This document shows positions 56,775 through 64,000 of a stretch of DNA of 64,000 nt, piece after piece (position 1 is the stretch's first letter; each line of letters opens with the position of its first letter). The notes below the pieces were generated by a model. It made no database searches and was not told where the DNA came from. It was given only the letters and a program-made list of their open reading frames with translations. Source of the DNA: an uncultured Candidatus Binatia bacterium (GTDB lineage Bacteria; Desulfobacterota; Binatia; UBA9968; JAJDTQ01); NCBI GenBank assembly GCA_965215605.1, contig OZ244070.1:896001-960000 (forward strand), in the 5' to 3' direction. A program made the position numbers and the translations under genes.

Positions 56775-57794
56775 ATGGCCATTCTTCGCAACGTCCTGGC
56801 GGCACTGGTCGTGCTCGGGTGTCTCGTGCAGGCCGCGAGCGCCGACGAGTCGGTCTACAAGGGCAAACAGGTCGTCATCGTGGTGTCCGCCGACGCGGGC
56901 ACGTCCTATGACCTCTATCCGCGCACCGCCGCGCGGCACATCGGCAAACACATTCCCGGCAACCCGAAGATCGTGGTGAAGAACCAGCCCGGCGCATCGG
57001 GCATGGTGGCCGCCAACTGGCTCTACAATATCGCCAAGCGCGACGGCCTTACCCTGGGAGCGATCCACCGCACCCTGCCGCTGACCCAGGCGTTGGGGGT
57101 CCCCCAGGCCAAGTTCGATCCGGCCAAGTTCAATTGGGTGGGCACGCCGGTGCAGGAGACCGCGTCGTGCTTCGTGCGGGCGGACAGCCCCTACAAGACG
57201 GTCAAGGACCTGATGGAAGCGGCCAAGCCCGTGAAGATGTCCGCGACGCAACCGCGCTCCGACATCTACATCGTGCCCCTGATGCTCAACAGCGTGGTGG
57301 GGACCAAACTCGAGGTCACCTCGGGCTACCGCGGCCTCGGCGCCGCTGCCCTGGCCGTGGAGAAGGGCGAAGTGGCCGGCATGTGCGGCTGGGGCTACGC
57401 CTCCCTGTCGGCGCTCAGGGCTCGCTGGTTCGAAAAGAAGTTCATCCGGATCCTGCTGCAGGTCGGCCGTGAGAAGCACCCTGCCCTTCAGGACGTACCC
57501 TTGGCCTCCGACCTCGCCAAGGCGGACAAGAAGGCCGTCCTCGATGTCTACAACGAGCAGCTTTCCGTGGGACGGCCCTGGACCCTGCCTCCCGGAGTGC
57601 CTCCGGAACGGGTGGCAACCATGCGCCAAGCGTTCGCCAACGTGATGAAGGATCCGGCGTTCCTCGCGGACGCCAAGAAGGCACGCATCCAGATCAACCC
57701 GCTCCACGGCAAGGACCTGCAGGCGCTGGTGGTAAAGATGATAGACATCCCGGCGGCGAACAAGGCCGTGCTGAAGAAGATGTTCAACTACTGA
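56775..57794 (+). CDS. tctC: TctC/Bug family substrate-binding protein
   Basis: Signal peptide, YKGKQV, NQPGASG, GYRG, PPGVP. AAGGAGG RBS. Confidence 0.88.
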   Translation: MAILRNVLAALVVLGCLVQAASADESVYKGKQVVIVVSADAGTSYDLYPRTAARHIGKHIPGNPKIVVKNQPGASGMVAANWLYNIAKRDGLTLGAIHRTLPLTQALGVPQAKFDPAKFNWVGTPVQETASCFVRADSPYKTVKDLMEAAKPVKMSATQPRSDIYIVPLMLNSVVGTKLEVTSGYRGLGAAALAVEKGEVAGMCGWGYASLSALRARWFEKKFIRILLQVGREKHPALQDVPLASDLAKADKKAVLDVYNEQLSVGRPWTLPPGVPPERVATMRQAFANVMKDPAFLADAKKARIQINPLHGKDLQALVVKMIDIPAANKAVLKKMFNY

Positions 57795-57811
57795 TCGAGC
57801 GTCAACGAACG

Positions 57812-57845
57812 ACGGCCGGGGCGCCCTTGCGGCCGCCCCGGCCGT
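57812..57845. terminator. Hairpin between convergent genes
   Basis: ACGGCCGGGGCG / CGCCCCGGCCGT 12-bp stem. Confidence 0.6.
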
Positions 57846-57873
57846 TCACATCGTCCCGTTCCATGATCCGCCG

Positions 57874-58920
57874 CTAGTTCAGGTCAAACAGCCGCTGGGC
57901 GTTCTTGCGGAGGATCTTCTCCTTTACTTCGTCCGACAGGTCCGGGTGGTTCCTGAGATGGCGCAGGTTCTCGGGGAACTCGTTGTCCCAGTGCGGGATG
58001 TCGGAGGCGTAGACGAAATGGTCGCTGCCCATGTAGTCCACGGTGGCGGCCAACTGGGACTCGCCGGATTCCAGGCTGAAGTACAGATTGGACTCCCGCA
58101 CCACGTCGCTGGGCTTCCGTTTCAGTAGCGGCATCTCGTGGGCGCCGCGCTTCTCCCAGTGCTCGTCGAGCCGGTCCATGTAGTAGGGAAGCCAGGTGGC
58201 GCCGATCTCGAGGAAAGCGATCTTCAGCTTCGGGAACCGCTCGGTGATGCCCTGGCAGACCATGCTGGTGAACTGCAGCAGGATGCCGGCGGTGAAGGCA
58301 TAGGAGTGGACCTCGGCAAAGGTGCTCAGGGTGGAAGCGCCGAGCTCCCGCGAGGTGTTGCGGGTGCCGTGGACGCCGAGCACCACGCCCTCTTCCTCGG
58401 CGGCCTTGTAGATGGGATCGTAGTAGGTCTCACCGAGGGCGATGGGCAGTCCCGTGGGCAGGATCTCGAATCCCTTTAGGCCGAGCTCGTTGACCGCGCG
58501 GCGAAGCTCGGCGGCCGCCTCCTCCGGCGCCCGCATGGGTAGCACGCCCACGCAGCTCAGCCGGTTTGACAGCGCGTTGTACTCCTTGGCGAAGTGGGTG
58601 TTGGCGGCCTTGGTCACGGCCACCTGGAACGGCACTTCCTGGTTCTTGGCAATGTTGCCCGAGCCCGTGGGGAAGCAGATGGCCACCTCCATGTCCTGCT
58701 TGTCCATCAGCGTGTGCCAGCGCCGCACCTGCTCCTCGGGGGCGAGGCCCTCCCAGTTGACGGACATCTTGAAACCGTTGAAAAGGTTCGGGTCCCAGGG
58801 CTGGTCTCCCGGCCATAGCGGGGTCGAGCGTTCATTCCAGGGTGCGTCGAGATACTTGCGAATATCCGCCGGCCGTTCGAGAACATGCCCGTCCGTATCG
58901 ACACAAGTCGCGTTACCCAT
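57874..58920 (-). CDS. Amidohydrolase family protein
   Basis: VDTDGHV, GVHG, FLEIGATW, ASDIPHWD, ILRKNAQRLF. Confidence 0.88.
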   Translation of the reverse strand: MGNATCVDTDGHVLERPADIRKYLDAPWNERSTPLWPGDQPWDPNLFNGFKMSVNWEGLAPEEQVRRWHTLMDKQDMEVAICFPTGSGNIAKNQEVPFQVAVTKAANTHFAKEYNALSNRLSCVGVLPMRAPEEAAAELRRAVNELGLKGFEILPTGLPIALGETYYDPIYKAAEEEGVVLGVHGTRNTSRELGASTLSTFAEVHSYAFTAGILLQFTSMVCQGITERFPKLKIAFLEIGATWLPYYMDRLDEHWEKRGAHEMPLLKRKPSDVVRESNLYFSLESGESQLAATVDYMGSDHFVYASDIPHWDNEFPENLRHLRNHPDLSDEVKEKILRKNAQRLFDLN

Positions 58921-59172
58921 GGTTCATACCTCCTGGTTCCGAGTCTGGAATCGGCTGCTATGCATATGAATTTGGCTCTATTGTCTTTGGGCTTGTTTGT
59001 CAATCCAGACTGCTGTCATACATACTCACGGGTGACGCGCACTGGAACCGCGTTTCCCGGCACCCGCTTTCCGAAGGGCGGAAAGACGCCGTGCGGTCCC
59101 GACGGGAACCACGGACCGTCTAATCAGGGGAGTCGCGACGATCGAAACGGCTGATCCGAAGGGAGGTGCAGG

Positions 59173-60198
59173 ATGTCGAACGGAGATAGACCGAACCCTT
59201 ACTCGAAACTCCGTGCCGTGGCCGTGCTTTGGGGAGTGGCTGCGCTGGCCGCGCCCATGGTCCTGGCAGCCGATCCCAAACCCACGGCCGAGTGGGGCAA
59301 GCGCGGGGAATTGGTGGAGCCCAATTCGGAGATGGCGGTGGCATACCTCGACGGCAAGATCTACGTCGTGGGCGGCTACCCGTCCACCCGGAAGAGCGTC
59401 GACACGGTGCAGGTCTACGACGTCAAGACCGACAAGTGGAGTCTCACGACGCCCTACCCCACCACCATCAACCACGCCTCCGCCGTCGCCCTCGACGGAC
59501 GGCTCTACGTCATCGGCGGTCAGACCAATGCCGGCGGACGGAGGGAGAAATCCCGCTACGTCAACGCGGTCCACGCCTACGATCCCAAGACCCGAAAGTG
59601 GACGGCCCGGGCGCCGATGCCCACCGCCCGTAGCGCCATGGCCCATGACGTCATCGACGGCAAGCTTTACGTCGCCGGCGGGCGTCCTCCGCGGGGCCAC
59701 GACTTCGCCGTCTACGACCCCAAGGCGGACAAGTGGACCACGCTGCCGGACTTGCCCACCCAGCGCAACCATATTGCCGCGGCCGCCATCGACGGCAAGC
59801 TCTACGTCGCCGGGGGACGGTTCGGGGGCGGCTTCCGTAGCGAGATCACTCCGGCCCTCGAGGTCTACGATCCCAAGACCAACCAGTGGACGGCGCGGCG
59901 GCCCATGCCGGAAGCCCGCGGCGGACTCAACGGTATCGCCGTCAACGGCTGCTTCCATACCTTCGGCGGCGAACACCCCAGCGCGGGCCCCAGCGGCGTG
60001 TTTCCTCACCACGAAGTCTACAATCCCAAGACCGACACCTGGACGCGTTTCCCGGACATGCCCATTCCGGTCCACGGGGTCACCGGGCTGGTCTACCTGG
60101 ACGGTTGGATTCACCTGCCGGGCGGCGGCATCCGGCGGGGCGGCAGCAGCGGCACCACGCACCACCAGGTGGTGCGGACCGATATGCAATGCCGGTGA
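59173..60198 (+). CDS. Secreted Kelch-repeat (beta-propeller) protein
   Basis: Signal peptide and six repeats of GKxYVxGG...YDPKTxxW. Confidence 0.88.
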   Translation: MSNGDRPNPYSKLRAVAVLWGVAALAAPMVLAADPKPTAEWGKRGELVEPNSEMAVAYLDGKIYVVGGYPSTRKSVDTVQVYDVKTDKWSLTTPYPTTINHASAVALDGRLYVIGGQTNAGGRREKSRYVNAVHAYDPKTRKWTARAPMPTARSAMAHDVIDGKLYVAGGRPPRGHDFAVYDPKADKWTTLPDLPTQRNHIAAAAIDGKLYVAGGRFGGGFRSEITPALEVYDPKTNQWTARRPMPEARGGLNGIAVNGCFHTFGGEHPSAGPSGVFPHHEVYNPKTDTWTRFPDMPIPVHGVTGLVYLDGWIHLPGGGIRRGGSSGTTHHQVVRTDMQCR

Positions 60199-60271
60199 AC
60201 GGCGGCGCCCGCGACCCGTCGGCCGGTAGCGCAAGGATCGCCGGCGGGGTTCGGCTCCATCGAACTCTTCC

Positions 60272-61756
60272 ATGAACGAGCCGGCGTGGCAGACGCGGGT
60301 CCCCACCGCCGGCAAGGCCGCCCTTCGTTTCCTCGCCGGCCTCGGCACCCTGTCCGTGCTCCCGGAGATGGCATGGGGCCACGCCATCGTCCAACGCTAC
60401 GAGCTGCCGGTGCCACTCTGGTACTATCTCGCGGGCGCCGGCCTGGTGGTTGCCCTGACCTTCGTCCTGCTGGCAACCCTTCGCAAGGAGGCCGTTCCGG
60501 CCCCGCCCTGAAGCCTGGACATCTCCCGGACGTGGCCCGGGCGTCTCATCACCCATGAACGACTCGGGAGGGTGCTGGCCATCCTCTCCGTGGCCGTGTT
60601 CGTATTCCTGATCGCCGCCGGCCTGTCGGGCACACAGGAAGAGCCGCTGGCGAACATCCTGCCCGCTTTCGTGTGGGTGGTCTGGTGGGTCGGTTTCGGT
60701 TTCGTGTGCGCGCTGGCGGGAAATATCTGGCCGGCCGTCAACCCCTGGGCGGCGGTGCCGGCGCTGTTGCCCGCGGGCATTGGGGGCGCCGTACGGCCGG
60801 TCCCTTCATGGATGGGCGCGTGGCCGGCGGTACTGCTCTACCTGTGCTTCGCCTGGGCCGAGTTGGTGTGGCCGGACAACACCGCCCCCGCCAGCCTCGC
60901 CGGCGCCATCCTGGTCTACAGCGCGGTCACTTGGGCCGGCATGACAAGGTACGGCGTCGAACCGTGGCTCAAGTGCGGCGAGGCGTTCTCCATCGTCTTC
61001 GGCCTGTTCGGCCGTTTCGCTCCCCTGGCCCGGACGTCCGAGGGAAGGCTGCTGCTGCGCCACTACGGCTCCGGGCTGGCGGACGGCGGGAAGGTGCCGG
61101 TCTCCATGATGGTGCTGGTGGTGACGCTGCTCGCCACGGTGAGCTTCGACGGCTTTCTCCACACGCCGGTGTGGGCGCGGTGGTATTCCGCGGCCTCGCA
61201 CGGACTGTACGATCTCGGCTGGACCCATGTTCTGGGCAACACCGGCGCGCGCACCTTGGTCTTCACCACCGGGCTCCTGCTGGCGCCGCTCTGCTTCGTG
61301 GCCCTGTTCCTGGCGGCCTGCGGACTCACGGCGCACCTGGAGAGCCGCCCGGAAGACGGACGGCGCGGTGCGGTAGAAGTGGCGTCTTGCTACGTTCTTA
61401 CCCTCGTACCCATCGCCATTGCCTACCACCTGGCCCACTACCTGCTGCTGTTGATGGTCGAGGGACAACTCCTCTACGGGCACATCTCGGACCCATTCGG
61501 TGTGGGCTGGGACCTCTTCGGCACGGCCGGCGTAACGCCGGACCCGACCGTGGTCGACGCCCGGTTCCTGTGGCTGTTCTCGCTCTTCGTCATCGTGGCC
61601 GGCCATGTCATCGCCGTGTGGCTTGCCCATCGGGCGGCGCACCGCGGCCAAGCCGGCAGACCGCCGGTTGCGCCGCAACTCCCCATGCTTGTTCTCATGG
61701 TCGGCTACACCGTCTTCAGCCTGTGGATCATCGGCCAGCCCATCGTCGAAATCTGA
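60272..61756 (+). pseudogene. Polytopic membrane protein interrupted by one in-frame TGA (60509-60511)
   Basis: ORFs 60272-60511 and 60572-61756 share a frame and the linker is open. Continuous membrane-protein character (HAIVQRYELPVPLW...NIWPAVNPW...PIAIAYHLAHY...DPFGVGWDLFG). Confidence 0.65.
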
Positions 61757-61764
61757 GAAAGCAA

Positions 61765-61795
61765 AAGGGGGCCTCTCTCTCCGAGAGACCCCCTT
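61765..61795. terminator. Intrinsic terminator between convergent genes
   Basis: AAGGGGGCCTCTC...GAGAGACCCCCTT imperfect stem preceded by an A-run (U-tail for the minus strand). Confidence 0.6.
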
Positions 61796-61832
61796 GCCGT
61801 GTCTGTACCGTATGCCCGGTCAGGCCCCCGGC

Positions 61833-62285
61833 TCAGCCGTGCTCGACGGCCGTGGCCTCGCCCCCTTCGCTCTGAACGGGCACCTTGCGTCCCACCGCCT
61901 CGGCGGGCAGCGGCACCCGGACCTCGGCCACGCCGTTCTTGTACCGGGCCTCGATCTTTCCGGCGTCGATGCCGCTGGGCAGCCTCACCGCGCGCTCGAA
62001 CCTGCCGTGGAATGTCTCCTTGTAGTGCCGGTCCTTCTCCTCGACCTTCCGCTCTCCCTTGATGGTCAGGACTCTTCCCTCCACCTGCACGTCCAGGTCC
62101 TTCGGGTCCACTCCCGGCAGATCGAGCCGGAAGACGTAGTGGCCGTCGCTGGTGTAGGCGTCCATCGGAGGCTTCCAGCCGGCGTCCGGCTCCCGGCGCC
62201 CCAGGAATCGGTCGAGCGCCGCATCCAGGTCACGGGGTCCGCCGAATACGAACGGATGCCGTCTTGTCACTTCATATCCCAACAT
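61833..62285 (-). CDS. Hsp20/alpha-crystallin small heat shock protein
   Basis: DLPGV, LTIKGER, GRFERAVRLP, ARYKNGV. AAGGAGG RBS before ATG 62285. Confidence 0.92.
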   Translation of the reverse strand: MLGYEVTRRHPFVFGGPRDLDAALDRFLGRREPDAGWKPPMDAYTSDGHYVFRLDLPGVDPKDLDVQVEGRVLTIKGERKVEEKDRHYKETFHGRFERAVRLPSGIDAGKIEARYKNGVAEVRVPLPAEAVGRKVPVQSEGGEATAVEHG

Positions 62286-62447
62286 CTTCCATACCTCCTT
62301 CTCTGAAACCCTTTGGTGCATTTGCCGCAATGCCTTTCGTCGATATCTTGGAGCTCCTGTCGCAAGGAAAAGTTAAGCATCGAAACCGCCCGGGTCAACG
62401 GTGTGTCCGACGATCTTTTCGACGCTCCCGGGGAAACGCCGCCGCCG

Positions 62448-62477
62448 TTGACACGTTCGTCGGCCCGACCCTATAAT
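62448..62477 (+). promoter_or_regulatory. Sigma70-type promoter
   Basis: Consensus TTGACA-18 nt-TATAAT upstream of tctC 62522. Confidence 0.7.
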
Positions 62478-62521
62478 GCGGCCGTTTCGCTCTATCACAC
62501 ACTGCAAACCAGGAGGGTGAC

Positions 62522-63499
62522 ATGAAGAGGACCTTCGCCGCCTTGTTCGCCGCCTTCGGCCTCATCGTATTCGCCAACACCGCTCACGCCGAGTTCCCCA
62601 AACGGGACATCACCATTCTCGTCCACGCTTCGCCCGGAGGCGGGTTCGACGCCATCGCCAGGGCCCTGGGCCGCTACATGAAGCCCCTGGTACCCAAGAA
62701 TATCGACATCATCGTCAAGAACGTCGTGGGCGCCGGCGGCATCACCGGAACCGTCGCAATGTACCGCGCCAAGCCCGACGGCCACACCATCGGACATATC
62801 TACGCGGACGGGATGCTGGGGACCCAGATGATCCGGAGCAATGTCGGCTACGACATCGACAAGTTCACCTGGCTCGCGGTGGTGAGCTCGCAGGAGGCGG
62901 AGGCGTTGCTGGTCCGGCGCGAATCGCCTTATCGCACGGTCGAGGACCTGCAGAAGGCGAAACGGGTGACCTGGGGCGTCGAGGGCATCGGCGTCGCGCG
63001 CTGGGTTCACGCCTTTCTGGCCGCCAACGAGCTGAAGATCCCGTTCGACGTGGTGGCCGGCTACGGCGGCACCGGCGAGACGCTGCCGGGCTTGCTTCGG
63101 GGTGACTTCGACGTCTTCACGCAACCCATCGACCACCCCTCCACGTTGCCGTTCCTCCGGTCGGGCGAAATCGTGCCCATCGTCAACCTCGGCGAAACCC
63201 GCGCCAAAAACGCCCCGGACACGCCCACGGCCATCGAGCTGGGCTACAAGAACCTGATCGTGAAGGTGTTTCGCGCCATGGTCGCCCCTCCGGGACTGCC
63301 CAAGGACCTCCACAAACAACTGGAGGGCATGCTGTTGAAGACCATGAACAGCAAGCCGTACAAGGATTGGGCGGCCTCGTTCGGCATACCGCTGGTGCCG
63401 GGAGACGGCACCAAGGCAGCCAGCGACATGAAAGTGTTCGTGGACTTGTACAGCAAGTACCGTCAAGCCATGCTGGACGCGCTCAAGGGCAAGAGATAG
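62522..63499 (+). CDS. tctC: TctC/Bug family substrate-binding protein
   Basis: Signal peptide, FPKRDI, SPGGGFD, NVVGAGG, KPDGHT, PDTPT. Confidence 0.9.
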   Translation: MKRTFAALFAAFGLIVFANTAHAEFPKRDITILVHASPGGGFDAIARALGRYMKPLVPKNIDIIVKNVVGAGGITGTVAMYRAKPDGHTIGHIYADGMLGTQMIRSNVGYDIDKFTWLAVVSSQEAEALLVRRESPYRTVEDLQKAKRVTWGVEGIGVARWVHAFLAANELKIPFDVVAGYGGTGETLPGLLRGDFDVFTQPIDHPSTLPFLRSGEIVPIVNLGETRAKNAPDTPTAIELGYKNLIVKVFRAMVAPPGLPKDLHKQLEGMLLKTMNSKPYKDWAASFGIPLVPGDGTKAASDMKVFVDLYSKYRQAMLDALKGKR

Positions 63500-63564
63500 C
63501 CGGACAGCCGCGGGCCGCGGTCGGCGGGACGCGCCGCTGGAACGAACCCGGGAGAAGATTCGCC

Positions 63565-64000
63565 ATGATGGTCAATCCTTACAACGATTCGCAGTTGATG
63601 CTGGCGTTGCAGTTCGACCACTCCCGGGTGGCGGGCTTCTTCGCTGCCCACTGGGGCAACGACGAGTTCGACCGCCCGGAGCCGTACGCGTCGGTGGTTC
63701 TGGCGGCCCAGGAACATGACCACGGATGGTGGGAATGGGAGATGAAGCCGTCCACACTCAACGACGAGAACTTCCCCATGGACTACCACGACGGCAGCTT
63801 CAAGTTCCTCGGCCAGCTCAGGCTCGACTTCTACAAGAACGCCGTGGACAACGTGCTGCAGCGTGACCCCTACGCGGCCATGCTCATCGCCATGCACGGG
63901 GTGGCGCTCATGAACGCGGGCTACGGCAAGTACTCCCATCCGCCCGATCGCACCGCCGACCCGCGGGTGCGCGCCTATGTCGACCACCAGGAAGACCTGA
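63565..64000 (+). CDS. DUF3891-like protein (partial, runs off window)
   Basis: Manual translation MMVNPY...QFDHSRVAGFFAAHWGN...AAQEHDHGWWEWE...DPYAAMLIAMH, open to the window end. Confidence 0.7.
   Translation, partial: MMVNPYNDSQLMLALQFDHSRVAGFFAAHWGNDEFDRPEPYASVVLAAQEHDHGWWEWEMKPSTLNDENFPMDYHDGSFKFLGQLRLDFYKNAVDNVLQRDPYAAMLIAMHGVALMNAGYGKYSHPPDRTADPRVRAYVDHQEDL

Noticed and set aside
59030-59160. Riboswitch upstream of the Kelch gene
   Set aside because: Hairpins exist, but I cannot match the conserved core of any known class. An Rfam/Infernal scan would decide.
60509-60560. Selenocysteine recoding of the TGA
   Set aside because: No redox-motif context, and only a weak GC hairpin rather than a convincing SECIS.

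Overview
High-GC bacterial chromosome segment with two parts. (1) About 1-12.3 kb is the right end of an integrative defence island. It holds an IS110 transposase remnant, a 1357-aa fused restriction-methyltransferase (type IIG-like), a higBA toxin-antitoxin pair, and a CapP/CapH-like metallopeptidase/HTH pair. That pair is divergent from a three-gene CBASS operon: CapV-like patatin, CD-NTase ending in Gly, and a stand-alone E2 with a SEC-C Zn motif, with no E1 or JAB. Two tandem intact tyrosine integrases follow. The island stops inside a truncated palindromic MITE-like repeat, whose arm recurs twice more in the window, making it a candidate attachment site. (2) About 12.5-64 kb is a catabolic/transport backbone: tripartite tricarboxylate transporter genes, alpha/beta hydrolases, amidohydrolases, tandem LLM oxidoreductases, a Mo-hydroxylase, topB, tesA-ybbA-ybbP, an M18 peptidase and Hsp20. 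It also has small accessory inserts (AAA/DUF4143 gene beside an orphan IS end; an RHH plus nucleotidyltransferase TA-like pair with a palindromic operator) and several gene remnants. No rRNA, tRNA or CRISPR array was recognised. All calls come from reading motifs by eye, and no database searches were run.
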